From an uncultured Dehalococcoidia bacterium (GTDB lineage Bacteria; Chloroflexota; Dehalococcoidia; Lucifugimonadales; UBA3495): 64,000 nucleotides of DNA. The position numbers and the translations under genes were made by a program. The notes under the pieces were generated by a model. That model saw only the letters and a list, made by a program, of their open reading frames with translations, did not search any database and was not told the origin of the DNA. The DNA lies in assembly GCA_951812535.1 (NCBI GenBank), contig CATOSK010000009.1:40436-104435 (forward strand), in the 5' to 3' direction. Shown piece by piece: positions 43,673 through 53,590 of this stretch. Every line of letters begins with the position of its first letter. The first letter of the stretch is position 1.

Positions 43673-45138
43673 CCAAGTTCTGGCGCAACCTGTCCCTGGT
43701 CGGCGTGGCCCTGTTCCTTGAGTGCAGCCTGTTCTACGCGGTTTTCAGCGTCGTTAGCACCCTGGTCCAGCTTCCCGACGCCCGCGTCCCCTTCTGGTTG
43801 GGACTCATAACCCTCGGCTGGGCTTACCTGGTGTCGTTGTACCTGCAGACCATCCGGTTTTCGTTGAACCTGCGAGGCGCGGCGGGCATGGCCGCCAGCC
43901 TGGGATCGCTGGTAATACTTTCCAACATAATGAGCGGGTCGGGATGGATACCAATGGGCGCCATCATAACCCGCGATCTCGCCACGGCGGCGTCTGTCGT
44001 CTTTGGGTTCCTGTTCCTGACCGTGCTCTGGTGGCGCGGGGCCATGGTTGCCCAGGACGACGTTACGCTGGACGTCATCAAGGGTACGTTCCAATGGGGC
44101 ATGGCGGTGTTTTTCGGTGCTGTCCTGATCGACGCCGTGTCCGGCCAGGACATCATCAACGGTTTCCTCGTCCTTGGGTTCTTCGCGGTGGGGCTGGCGG
44201 GGCTGTCCCTGGCGAGGTTCGCGTCGGAAGCCAGCGACAGCCAGGCCATGCCCAGGGACTGGATGATCCCCATCGGAGTGACGGTGGGAGGAGTCCTGGG
44301 TCTGGTCCTCTTGTTGAGCCTCCTCGGACTGGGCGGCCTTGACGACGTGACGCGGTGGGTGTTCGCCACCGTCGGCAAAGTCGGTTTATGGGTCCTGAAG
44401 CCGATTCTCCTGGGTCTGGGTTACATCGCCGCGGGGCTGGCCGCATTGCTGAACTGGCTGGTCAGCGTCTTCGGAGGAGGCGACCTCAGTGCCCTTGACG
44501 AGGCCCAGCGCCAGATGGAGGAATTCCACGAAAGCTTGGAGGACACTGGCCGGCAGGGTCCACCGGCTTTGTTGGTGGCCCTCCTTAAGTGGGCGGCATT
44601 CCTGGCTGCATCAGTAGTTGTCGGCTGGGTCTTGTTCCGGCTCTTCCGGGTCCGACGGCTCTTCCGCAACCGGCCGGTTGTCGAAGAGATACGCGAATCG
44701 CTGTTCACCTGGGAGCGGGCCAATCAGGACCTGGCCTCCATGATTGGAGGTTGGTGGAACAACCTGGTGCAGTCAGCCACCGGCAGTTCGTCCAAGCGGC
44801 CTCCACCAACCAACCCGCGGGAGGTGTACCACAGCTTTCTCGAGTTGTCCGGCCAGGTCGGCTTGCCCAAGTCCGGGGAACAAACTCCAACAGAACACCA
44901 GCGGCAGGTGACCCCCACCCTTCCCGAACCGCCCGTGGCGAATATAGTGGAGGGATTCCAGGCCGACTACTACGGGTCCCAGGAAACCGGAGAAGGCGGC
45001 ATGAGGGGCCTTCTCCGGGATTGGGACATCTTGCAGCAGTACGCTTCCCAAATGGAGAATCAGGAGCCGTCTAACGACGCCGGCGCCGGCGGCTCTCCGC
45101 CAAGCAGCGCCGGCCCCGGGGAATCCGCCGGAGACTAA
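43669..45138 (+). CDS. Polytopic membrane protein with a DUF4129-like C-terminal domain
   Basis: 489 aa. The GTG start overlaps the DUF58 stop (GTGA). It has ~8 TM helices, then a soluble tail (REVYHSFLELSGQVGLPKSGEQTPTEH...) resembling DUF4129 tails in MoxR-DUF58 operons. Confidence 0.55.
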   Translation: MTKFWRNLSLVGVALFLECSLFYAVFSVVSTLVQLPDARVPFWLGLITLGWAYLVSLYLQTIRFSLNLRGAAGMAASLGSLVILSNIMSGSGWIPMGAIITRDLATAASVVFGFLFLTVLWWRGAMVAQDDVTLDVIKGTFQWGMAVFFGAVLIDAVSGQDIINGFLVLGFFAVGLAGLSLARFASEASDSQAMPRDWMIPIGVTVGGVLGLVLLLSLLGLGGLDDVTRWVFATVGKVGLWVLKPILLGLGYIAAGLAALLNWLVSVFGGGDLSALDEAQRQMEEFHESLEDTGRQGPPALLVALLKWAAFLAASVVVGWVLFRLFRVRRLFRNRPVVEEIRESLFTWERANQDLASMIGGWWNNLVQSATGSSSKRPPPTNPREVYHSFLELSGQVGLPKSGEQTPTEHQRQVTPTLPEPPVANIVEGFQADYYGSQETGEGGMRGLLRDWDILQQYASQMENQEPSNDAGAGGSPPSSAGPGESAGD

Positions 45139-46040
45139 CGGAACTCAGGGATCACGTTCCGGGCGATGGTCTCCATCATCTGTGTGATCATCCCTGCATC
45201 CCCGGTGCCCAGGGCCAGAACGACATGGTCGACTCCCGCATCCTGGTAAGCCCGTATACCGGCAATCATGTCCCCTGGACTGTCTCCGCTGATGCCGCCG
45301 CCCCGCGCGGCGGTCCTGGGATTGCCGGGGACTCCTGGGGCCACCACTTCCACCCGGGCCGACCAGGTAAGATCGTCCGGTTCGCGTCCCGCAGCCCTGG
45401 CCAGGTCCTGAATCTCCCGTCGCCCGGTGCTGTACGTTTCCGGATCGACCCCTGAGGGATGCCATCCATCCCCCATCGTGGCGGCCCGGCGCAGGGCCCC
45501 TGGGCTTGAACCTCCAATCCAGAGCGGGATATGGGGGGCCTGCACGGGTTTCGGCGAAAACTTGAGATTCTCGAAATTCCAGCGCCGGCTGTGGTAAACC
45601 GGGTCCTCGCTGGTCCACAACTCTTTCATGACCCGGATGCTCTCATTGGTGAGAGAACCGCGTTGCCGGAGCGAGAGCCCAAGGGCCTCAAACTCCTCGG
45701 TCATCGCTCCAACGCCGACGCCAAGGGTGACCCTTCCGCCGGACATCTGGTCCAGGGTGGCGGCGTACTTGGCCAGCTCCACCGGATTGTGATACGGCAG
45801 CACCAGGACGGAAGTCCCCAGAATGACTTTCTCCGTGGTGGCCGACAGGTGCGACAGCACGGCAAGAGGGTGGTAGTAGGGCTTGTCATCCAGCCTCTCC
45901 CGGATGTAACCGTTGTTGAAGAGGTGGTCCATCACCCAGACCGAGTCGAAGCCCAGTTCCTCGGCCAGGGGGCCAAAGGCGAGCACCTGCTTCGGGTCCT
46001 CGATGCCCCAGTTATTGGGGATGGTTATTCCGAACTGCAT
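45135..46040 (-). CDS. LLM-class F420-dependent oxidoreductase
   Basis: 301 aa. MQFGITIPN, FDSVWVMDH, GRVTLGVGVG and PKPVQAPHIPLWIGG are present. Confidence 0.85.
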   Translation of the reverse strand: MQFGITIPNNWGIEDPKQVLAFGPLAEELGFDSVWVMDHLFNNGYIRERLDDKPYYHPLAVLSHLSATTEKVILGTSVLVLPYHNPVELAKYAATLDQMSGGRVTLGVGVGAMTEEFEALGLSLRQRGSLTNESIRVMKELWTSEDPVYHSRRWNFENLKFSPKPVQAPHIPLWIGGSSPGALRRAATMGDGWHPSGVDPETYSTGRREIQDLARAAGREPDDLTWSARVEVVAPGVPGNPRTAARGGGISGDSPGDMIAGIRAYQDAGVDHVVLALGTGDAGMITQMMETIARNVIPEFR

Positions 46041-46077
46041 ATCGGACCCCCGGTTGCCGAAGTTGAAACGACCGAAG

Positions 46078-46569
46078 CTACCCGGTCTTTATAGCTTGCA
46101 CCAGGCGGGCAGTCTCGATGGCGGCGGCAGCGGCGTTGCTGCCAAGGTTGCCCGACTTTCCTCCCGCGCGGTTGATGGCTTGCTCCATGTTCTCCGTCGT
46201 CAGCACGCCGAAGATGGTGGGCACGCCGGTCTCGCGCCCCACGGCGCTGATTCCGGCAGCAGCCTGCCCGGCAACCATGTTGTAGTGGTCGGTCTCGCCG
46301 CGGATAACGGCCCCCAGGCAGATGACCGCATCATATTGCCCCGTCTGTCCCAACGTCTTTGCGACGACGGGCAGTTCAAAGGAACCGGGCACCCAGGACA
46401 GCACGATATCGTCGTCGCTGACTCCGTGACGGCCCAGCGTTTCGACGGCTCCTTCCAGCAGCCGGCGGGTTACGAACTCGTTGAAGCGGGCAACGACCAA
46501 GGCAACCCGGAGGCCCTTGCCGTCCATTTCTGGCTGAAGTTCTTTGGGCACTGTGCATTCTCCTGGCAT
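46078..46569 (-). CDS. ribH: 6,7-dimethyl-8-ribityllumazine synthase
   Basis: LRVALVVARFNEFVTRRLLEGA, WVPGSFELP, ICLGAVIRGETDHY and TIFGVLTTE are present. ATG 46527 is an alternative start. Confidence 0.92.
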   Translation of the reverse strand: MPGECTVPKELQPEMDGKGLRVALVVARFNEFVTRRLLEGAVETLGRHGVSDDDIVLSWVPGSFELPVVAKTLGQTGQYDAVICLGAVIRGETDHYNMVAGQAAAGISAVGRETGVPTIFGVLTTENMEQAINRAGGKSGNLGSNAAAAAIETARLVQAIKTG

Positions 46570-46654
46570 GGTTTGCCCGCCCTCCAGAAACCATCCCGGG
46601 AGTTGGTTGGCAGGGTCGGGAAAGCCTAGGGCAGTTTACACGGCAGGGCGGGGA

Positions 46655-47278
46655 TTATCCAGCGTTGTCCAGCAGGCCCCTGATGGTGAACATTCGTTGA
46701 AAAAGCGTGAAACAGGACACCACGGCGATGGCCAGCAGGACCCAGACCATGATGGGCGCTGGGATCAATCCGTCGGCGATGAGACCTGCCCCAAGAATGA
46801 TAACCCGTTCGGTGCGGGTCATCAGGCCCGACCGCGTGAAGGCCCCAAGTCCCTCTCCCCGGGCTCGAAGATAGCTCACTCCCTGGGAAAAGATGAGGGC
46901 CAGCAGCAGGACCGTGACGAAAAATAGCAGAAACCTGTCGGAAAACCCGGCGAGAAGGGCGTACACGGCCATTCCCACGAACAGGCCGGCCTCCCCGAGG
47001 CGGTCGAACACCGAGTCCAGAAGTGCGCCGAAGGGGCTGGCTTTGCCGGTCAACCGCGCGAGCCCTCCGTCGAAGAGATCCAGCCCGCCCCCGACCAGGA
47101 ACACAATCCCCCCTGTCACGAGGTGGCCATAGGCGACCAGGACCGCGCCCGCGACGCATACTGCAAATCCCAGGAGGGTAATAGCGTTGGGGGAAAACCC
47201 CAGGGCCCGCAGCAGGCGGGCCCCGGGCAATTCCACGTAATTGACCAAGGCCGCTCTAAACTGCTCTCTTCCCAGCAC
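46655..47278 (-). CDS. CDP-alcohol phosphatidyltransferase (PgsA/phosphatidylinositol-phosphate synthase-like)
   Basis: The motif DGGLARLTGKASPFGALLDSVFDRLGE matches D-x2-DG-x2-AR-x8-G-x3-D-x3-D. The GTG start overlaps the 3' end of the GT4 gene by 23 nt. Confidence 0.85.
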   Translation of the reverse strand: MLGREQFRAALVNYVELPGARLLRALGFSPNAITLLGFAVCVAGAVLVAYGHLVTGGIVFLVGGGLDLFDGGLARLTGKASPFGALLDSVFDRLGEAGLFVGMAVYALLAGFSDRFLLFFVTVLLLALIFSQGVSYLRARGEGLGAFTRSGLMTRTERVIILGAGLIADGLIPAPIMVWVLLAIAVVSCFTLFQRMFTIRGLLDNAG

Positions 47279-48425
47279 CTTCGCCTAGCTCCCAACCCTG
47301 CCGGACGGATTCCCGAACTTCGTAGTAATAATCTTCGACCCGGCGCGCCACGGTTTCCCAACGATAGTGTTCCGCGGTGCGCCGTCCCTGTTCCCCCATT
47401 CTGCGCCGGAGGTCTGGATTAATGGCCAGATAAGCCAGGGCTTCCTCCAAATCGCGGGAATCTGACCGCTGCACGAGCAGCCCCTGTTTACCGTGGGTCA
47501 AGACCCCCCGGTACCCCTCTATGTCCGAAGCCACCACGCATTTCCCCGCCGCCATAGCCTCCAAAAGCACAATCCCGAAACTCTCCGACCCCGTTGCCGG
47601 AAAGCAGCAGATATCAGCGGTCGCGTAATACCGGGCCAGGTTTTGGTAGGACACCCGTCCGGCGATAACCACGTCGCTGGGGTTACGCGCGCTTAAAATG
47701 CGGTGAGACTCCTTGTCCAGGTTCCCGGGCCCCACGACGATAAGGCGTGTTTCGGGAAGCTCCCACTTGAGGCGGCTGTACGCTTCCAGCAGGTATCGCA
47801 GTCCCTTCCGTTTTTCCAGCCTCCCCACGAAAAGGATGTTGAGCTTCCCGTCCCGGTACTGGGGCCAGGGGGGAATATCCCGGGCGAAATGGTCGAAATC
47901 AATGCCATTCGGGATGACTTCGTAGTGTCTCGGAAAGAAATTATTGACGTAACGCCGGGCAACCGGCGACACGGCGATGCTCCCATGCAACCTGGAGTGC
48001 CATCGCTTGATTATCGGCTGGCTGAACCGGTAAAGGTGCTGCCGGTCATAGTAAGCGTGGAAGGTGCCGATATTAACAGCGTTGGATACTTCCAGCACAC
48101 AAAGAGGCAGGACGGGGGCCAGAGGTTCATGCAGGTGGATGATGTCAAAAGATTCCTGTTCCAGGAGCGCCCGAATCCGCCGGCAGAGCCACCAGGAAAA
48201 GGACACCCGTGCGACTGAGCCACCACTGGGGACGGGAACGGAACGCCCCAGGGGAATGAAAGGGGGGTCTGCCGATTCAAGCCGGGAAGGAGAATGCGGG
48301 GCAAGAATCTGTACTTCGTGCCCCAACCGCCCCAATTCAGTGCCCAGGTGAGACACGTGGGCGGTCACACCACCAGGCCAGGTGAAGTCGTAGGGCGAGA
48401 CCATCGCTATTTTGAGACGGTCCAA
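47256..48425 (-). CDS. GT4-family glycosyltransferase (PimA-like)
   Basis: 389 aa. It has an N-terminal GGV..HV motif (WPGGVTAHVSHL) and a C-terminal E-x7-E region (ESFGIVLLEAMAAG). Confidence 0.85.
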   Translation of the reverse strand: MDRLKIAMVSPYDFTWPGGVTAHVSHLGTELGRLGHEVQILAPHSPSRLESADPPFIPLGRSVPVPSGGSVARVSFSWWLCRRIRALLEQESFDIIHLHEPLAPVLPLCVLEVSNAVNIGTFHAYYDRQHLYRFSQPIIKRWHSRLHGSIAVSPVARRYVNNFFPRHYEVIPNGIDFDHFARDIPPWPQYRDGKLNILFVGRLEKRKGLRYLLEAYSRLKWELPETRLIVVGPGNLDKESHRILSARNPSDVVIAGRVSYQNLARYYATADICCFPATGSESFGIVLLEAMAAGKCVVASDIEGYRGVLTHGKQGLLVQRSDSRDLEEALAYLAINPDLRRRMGEQGRRTAEHYRWETVARRVEDYYYEVRESVRQGWELGEGAGKRAV

Positions 48426-48463
48426 ACAGCCGCTCCGTTACACCGATGCAGCAGTGATGGCGA

Positions 48464-49558
48464 CTAGAGGTGCATTTCCCCCGTCGCGCCGTTTTGGCCG
48501 ATGAAATCTTCCACCATGCTCCGGGCCACGTCGTCAGTGTATTGCACCGGTGGAGACTTCATGAAATAGGCGCTGGGACCGTGGACGGCTCCGGATTCGC
48601 CCCGGTCCAGGGCCAGCTTGGCGCACCGGATCGCATCCACCACGACGCCGGCGGAGTTGGGGCTGTCCCAGACCTCGAGCTTGGTCTCGATGTTCACGGG
48701 CGCGCCCCCGAAAAGCTTGCCTTCCATCCGGATATAGCACCATTTCCGGTCCTGCAGCCAGGGCACATGGTCGCTCGGCCCGATGTGGACATGGTCCGGC
48801 TCGACAGGCAGGTCCATCTGGGAAGTCACCGCGCCCGTCTTGGATATCTTCTTGGAAACCAGCCTTTCCCGCTCCAGCATGTTCAGGAAATCGGTGTTGC
48901 CGCCGAAGTTAAGCTGGTAGGTGTTGTCAATAGTTGCGCCCCGGTCTTCGAACAAACGGGTCAGGATGCGGTGGAGGATAGTTGCGCCGACCTGGGACTT
49001 GATGTCGTCCCCGATAATCGGCAATCCGCGTTCTTCGAAGCGGGTGCGCCAGTAATCTTCCTTGGCGATGAAAACCGGAATGCAGTTGATGAACCCGCAA
49101 CGGGCATCAAGGACCTGTTCCACGTACCACTTCGTGGCCATTTCACTGCCCACCGGAAGATAGTTGATAACGACATCAACTTCTCTTTCCTTGAGGATCC
49201 CGGAAATGTTGTCCGTGGAGTGGGACGATTTGCGCACCAGGTGTGATACGTACTTGCCCACGCCGTCGTGGGTCATTCCCCGTTCTACCTTGACGCCAGT
49301 GTGGGGGACATCGGCGAACTTCAAGGTATTGTTGGGCTGCGTGAAAATTGCCTCGGAGAGGTCCTTCCCCACCTTGTTCTCGTCGATGTCAAATGCAGCG
49401 ACGACTTCAATATCTTCGATTCGGTAATCCCCGATCCTGTTGTGCATCACGCCGGGCACATCCTCGTCCTCCGGCAACTCAACGTACTTATGGATGCCCT
49501 GCACCAGGGATGAGGCGCAGTTTCCCACGCCAATGATCGCCACCTTGATTTTGGCCAA
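48464..49558 (-). CDS. ino1: myo-Inositol-1-phosphate synthase
   Basis: 364 aa. [18 protein letters not shown] (NAD-binding), the NYLPVGS block and [12 protein letters not shown] are present. Confidence 0.88.
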   Translation of the reverse strand: MAKIKVAIIGVGNCASSLVQGIHKYVELPEDEDVPGVMHNRIGDYRIEDIEVVAAFDIDENKVGKDLSEAIFTQPNNTLKFADVPHTGVKVERGMTHDGVGKYVSHLVRKSSHSTDNISGILKEREVDVVINYLPVGSEMATKWYVEQVLDARCGFINCIPVFIAKEDYWRTRFEERGLPIIGDDIKSQVGATILHRILTRLFEDRGATIDNTYQLNFGGNTDFLNMLERERLVSKKISKTGAVTSQMDLPVEPDHVHIGPSDHVPWLQDRKWCYIRMEGKLFGGAPVNIETKLEVWDSPNSAGVVVDAIRCAKLALDRGESGAVHGPSAYFMKSPPVQYTDDVARSMVEDFIGQNGATGEMHL

Positions 49559-49782
49559 AACTCGGCTCCTTTTTGCTGCGCCGCCCCTGGGACGGCAGGT
49601 CCTAGCATTGTATCAGCTTGGCGGGTCTGCCACAAGAAATCAACCGTTCCTTCAGGACGGTCATGCGTACTAATGGTTCGGAATTCGCCGATTCCACGCC
49701 ATAATTGGGCTGGAAACCGTTGTCAGGGCACCTTTGAATCGGCTAGAACCGCTCAGCCGGGGTGGAGAGCAGGAACATCCCT

Positions 49783-50463
49783 TTAAGCGCCGGCAAAGAA
49801 GCGAATAACAGCCGTCTGGTCGTCGTGGCGGTAGCGGGCCCCCATCAGCTCAGGCGCCAGGCCCTGTTCCAGGTGCAAATCGATCAAGGTCTTGGCTTTC
49901 TCTCCGGCTTCTTCAGGAGTGGCGGCGCTCCGCACGATATCGACGAGTTCATCAATATGGAGGTTGTCGCTTACCCCGTCGCTGGCGATGATGAGCCGAT
50001 CGCCGGGAGCCACGGAGAGTTCAGAGCGGTAGAGGGTGAGTTTCTCTTCCCCGCCGATCACTTTGGTGCCGCCCGGGCGCAGCAGCCCGCCGACCCGCCC
50101 TCCCATTTGCTGGTGTTCACTGGGTCCGACGTAGTAGATGGGGCTGTCTCCCGCATTGACGGTAATCACCTGTTCGCCCTGGTACAACGCCGCGGAAACC
50201 GTCGTCAGCAGGAAGCGTCCACCGCCCACCTGGAAGAACTCCTCGTTCATTTCCTCCAGCACCGCCACCACGTCTTCCACCGAGTTAATCGTTGCTGCTT
50301 CAAGGGCCGCCGCCACACCCTGGCTGGCTTCTCCCCCGCCGTGGCCGGTGACACCATCAAGCACGACGTCAAGAAAGGAGCCGCCGCCGAGATCCTTGAC
50401 GAGCATGGAATCTTCCCCGTGGGATGAGTTGTCCTGAAAGGTTGCGTAAGTACTGGGGATCAT
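49783..50463 (-). CDS. PP2C-family (PPM) Ser/Thr phosphatase-like protein
   Basis: 226 aa. VLDGVTGHGGG and IIASDGVSD are the metal-binding Asp motifs. It starts 49 nt downstream of the kinase-like gene. Confidence 0.7.
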   Translation of the reverse strand: MIPSTYATFQDNSSHGEDSMLVKDLGGGSFLDVVLDGVTGHGGGEASQGVAAALEAATINSVEDVVAVLEEMNEEFFQVGGGRFLLTTVSAALYQGEQVITVNAGDSPIYYVGPSEHQQMGGRVGGLLRPGGTKVIGGEEKLTLYRSELSVAPGDRLIIASDGVSDNLHIDELVDIVRSAATPEEAGEKAKTLIDLHLEQGLAPELMGARYRHDDQTAVIRFFAGA

Positions 50464-50512
50464 CGTCGCATACCTCGATTAATCTCTCTGAATGTCAGTA
50501 GATCAGCCTGGA

Positions 50513-51538
50513 TCACGAGAAATCATCGAACACAGCCAACTCGGCTTCCGGCTCAAACACGAACCGCCGCCAGTAGTCCGCGTTCAGGAGTTGCAGAGCG
50601 TCCCGCCAAGCTTGATGGACCTGCTCCAGGTCGGGCAAACTGCGATTGCGGATTCTAACTTCCTCCAAAAACCCCGTCAAGTCATCCCTGAACGCGGCGA
50701 AGTCTTCGTAAGAACGGTCACGAACGCGGTTGATCATGGTCAGCGCAGCGTCGCTGGCAGGACTCGGATTTCGGGAGTATCCCATCCCAATCTCGTCCAT
50801 TTCCTGTTCCAACGTAATCGTGGGGCGGGTTCCGTGGGTGTCACGATAACCATCGGGATTTTCCGGAGGCAATTCTGAAGTGGTGTAGTATTTGATCATC
50901 TCCAAAAAGAAATCGTGAATGTCGCGAGGCTGTCGGGAGCGGGTCAGGGACGGCTCCCCCACAACCACGAGATCACCCGAGTCGATTATGGTTATGGTAT
51001 TGGAGGATGGCTGGTAGAAAATGTTTTGAGGGCCGAGGTCCAGCAGTATGTATCCCGCCTCATACAGTCTTTCCTGCACCGACAGTAACTGTTGTTGTAT
51101 CGGGAACGCCGGCTCCGCATCCGAATAGCCCAGGGGGAAAAGACCAAACAGGTTCTGCCCCAGGCCAATTGGCACCCGGAGAATTCGCGCTCGTACATCG
51201 CCGGCCAGCGGGATGCCGGCCGCCCGAGCCACTGCGAGGACCCGGTACTCGTGCTGGGTCTCATCCCCGTAGAAGTCGTCGTGATTCCTCCTTTCGGAGT
51301 AACCCACAATTGGCGACAAGTGCGGCACGTCGACGCCGACCGTCCGGTAAAACGCGAGAGTCCGGTCTGTACGGTCCTCTATGGGGCCATGCATTTGGCG
51401 GCTTATTGCCTGGGGCACAGGACGTTTCAAGACAACCTGCTGTCCCGTTTCCCGGTCAACGGCGGAGCGTACCTCGTAGTCTGCACCGGTTCCCAGCAGG
51501 CCGGTTATCTCGAAACGGCTAAGTTCCAGTTCTTCCAT
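50513..51538 (-). CDS. Atypical protein-kinase-like (ePK-like) protein
   Basis: The start is at ATG 51538. It has the Gly-loop LLGTGADYEV, VVLKR (Lys), a catalytic-loop analogue YILLDLGPQNIF (Asp and Asn kept, HR missing) and IIDSGDL in place of DFG. The C-terminal ~130 aa have no recognisable family. Confidence 0.55.
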   Translation of the reverse strand: MEELELSRFEITGLLGTGADYEVRSAVDRETGQQVVLKRPVPQAISRQMHGPIEDRTDRTLAFYRTVGVDVPHLSPIVGYSERRNHDDFYGDETQHEYRVLAVARAAGIPLAGDVRARILRVPIGLGQNLFGLFPLGYSDAEPAFPIQQQLLSVQERLYEAGYILLDLGPQNIFYQPSSNTITIIDSGDLVVVGEPSLTRSRQPRDIHDFFLEMIKYYTTSELPPENPDGYRDTHGTRPTITLEQEMDEIGMGYSRNPSPASDAALTMINRVRDRSYEDFAAFRDDLTGFLEEVRIRNRSLPDLEQVHQAWRDALQLLNADYWRRFVFEPEAELAVFDDFS

Positions 51539-51669
51539 GCGTTGCGTTCCACCAGCGAATTCGATCAACCTGCCGGTCAGTATAGCACCGGCGGCCACAC
51601 CACTTTCCTTGACCAGCCAAAAACCCGTATGCCACACTGCGCCAACCTTGCCCAAAGGAGGACAGAAGG

Positions 51670-52584
51670 TTGTCAGGCTTCAGGACCGGCGTGCTTGAGA
51701 CCATTGGACACACTCCCTTGGTCGAGTTGTCCCGTTTGGCGAAGCCTGGCTTGGCCAGGGTCCTGGCCAAGCTCGAATGCCGCAATCCCAGCGGCAGCGT
51801 GAAGGACCGCGCCGCCCTCGCGGTAATCGAATCCGAAGAGAATCAGGGACATCTGCGGCAGGGGATGAGTCTCGTTGGCGCCACCAGCGGGAATAGTGGG
51901 CCGGCATTGGCCATGGTGGCCGCCGCCAAGGGGTATCCCTTAACCATATACATGCCGAGCAACGCGCCGGTTAACCAGCGGCGCCTCGCCGAGCGATACG
52001 GGGCCGCCGTGGAACTTACCTCTCCCAATTACAGGATGTCCGGAGCCCTGGAGGCCGCCAGGAACGCTGTCCAGAACAACCGGGACCGCCTCTTGCTGGA
52101 TTTCTTCAACAATCCCGCGGTTGTGGAAGCCCATTACTCGGGCACCGGTCCCGAGATCATCGCTTCCGCGGGAGTGCACATCGACGCTTTCGTGGCCGCC
52201 GTAGGGACCGGAGGCACGATCACAGGAGTCGGGCGGCGGCTCAGGGAAACCAACCCCGGTGTTAGGGTAGTAGCGGTGGAGCCCGCCGGTTCTCCCGTCC
52301 TTAGCGGGGGTTTCCCGGGGCGTCACCTGATACCCGGCATTGGCGCCGACTTCGTCCCTCCGCTCCTGGACCGCTCCCTTCTTGATTCGGTCTTGGCGGT
52401 CGGCGACGAAGACGCCAACAGCACCGCGGTCAGGCTGGCCCGTGAAGAGGGGTTGTTGGTGGGAATCTCATCCGGCGCCAACGCCTTCGCGGCTTTGTCC
52501 CTGGCAGCCGATCTCGGAACGGGCGCCACCGTAGTAACAGTCCTGCCGGACACCGGCGAGCGCTATCTGGACTTTCCGTTGTAG
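51670..52584 (+). CDS. cysK: Cysteine synthase A (O-acetylserine sulfhydrylase)
   Basis: The TTG start follows aaaggagga. NPSGSVKDR, TSGNSG and GTGGTITG are present. Confidence 0.9.
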   Translation: MSGFRTGVLETIGHTPLVELSRLAKPGLARVLAKLECRNPSGSVKDRAALAVIESEENQGHLRQGMSLVGATSGNSGPALAMVAAAKGYPLTIYMPSNAPVNQRRLAERYGAAVELTSPNYRMSGALEAARNAVQNNRDRLLLDFFNNPAVVEAHYSGTGPEIIASAGVHIDAFVAAVGTGGTITGVGRRLRETNPGVRVVAVEPAGSPVLSGGFPGRHLIPGIGADFVPPLLDRSLLDSVLAVGDEDANSTAVRLAREEGLLVGISSGANAFAALSLAADLGTGATVVTVLPDTGERYLDFPL

Positions 52585-52640
52585 GTTGCCGTGGTATAAG
52601 GCTGCGGTATTGCAAGTTGCCGTTTGGAGTCTTGCCCCGG

Positions 52641-53513
52641 CTATCCCAGATGGTCCCTAGAGCGGCAGACCAGTGTCACCCAATCGTCCTTGGGCCAGGT
52701 GGCTTGCACGACAAACCCAGCTTCCTCCAGCGCTTCCTCCGTTTCCCGCTCCTGCTCCTGGATGATTCCTGACGCGATCAATGCGCCCTGCTGCTTCAGC
52801 GGCGGCATCAAGTGGACGCCGCGTTCCCGGATCGCCCGGGATGAGATGTTGGCCACCAGAATGTCGAAAGACCCTGCTGGAGCTTGAGGATTCGGCAAGC
52901 TTCCCTGGGCCAAAGTAACTTTGGGCAATATTCCCAGGCGCCTGAAGTTTTGTCTCGCCGCCGTCACGGCCACCGAGTCAATATCCAGTGCAAGAATGTG
53001 TCCTGCTCCCAGCTTGGCCGCGGCGATGGTCAGGATGCCCGAACCGACCCCCAGGTCAAGCACCGACATCCCGGGTTCGACCAGGTCTTCCAGGGCCTCA
53101 AGGCAGGTGTATGTGGTGGGATGGTATCCGGTGCCGAAGGCCAACCCGGGATCCAGCTCGATGACAACGTCATCCGGCCCGGGATCGTGGTCGATCCAGG
53201 ACGGCTTTATCACCAGGTTTCGGCCTAGTTTCAGGAGCGTGAAGTGGGACTTCCAGGAGTTTTGCCAGTCCTCATCGGGCGGAAGAGATTCGACCTTGAG
53301 CTCGCCAAGAGGCTCCAGGATGCTGGTCAGTTTTACCCCGACCTCTATGTGCGCGAGACGCTGTCGGGATGTTGACGGCAGATAGGTACGCAGCAGGACT
53401 CGGTTGTTATCCCTGATCTCCATGGACATGCCGTGTCCATACCGTTCGAACAGGTAGGAGATGGGCTCGACGTATTCGAACGGGATCTCGATGCTTATTT
53501 CGTGCCATTCCAT
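52641..53513 (-). CDS. prmA: Ribosomal protein L11 methyltransferase
   Basis: 290 aa. It has W.....P.....L.I.P.W (IKPSW), LDPGLAFGTGYHPTT and VLDLGVGSGILTIAAAKLGA. It lies downstream of dnaJ, as in many bacteria. Confidence 0.9.
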   Translation of the reverse strand: MEWHEISIEIPFEYVEPISYLFERYGHGMSMEIRDNNRVLLRTYLPSTSRQRLAHIEVGVKLTSILEPLGELKVESLPPDEDWQNSWKSHFTLLKLGRNLVIKPSWIDHDPGPDDVVIELDPGLAFGTGYHPTTYTCLEALEDLVEPGMSVLDLGVGSGILTIAAAKLGAGHILALDIDSVAVTAARQNFRRLGILPKVTLAQGSLPNPQAPAGSFDILVANISSRAIRERGVHLMPPLKQQGALIASGIIQEQERETEEALEEAGFVVQATWPKDDWVTLVCRSRDHLG

Positions 53514-53590
53514 CTTCGTGGCCGCCGCCCTTTCCCGCGAGGAAGCCTGTGCTGCCGGAACGTGAGAGCAGAATTATGCAGGATCTGTAG

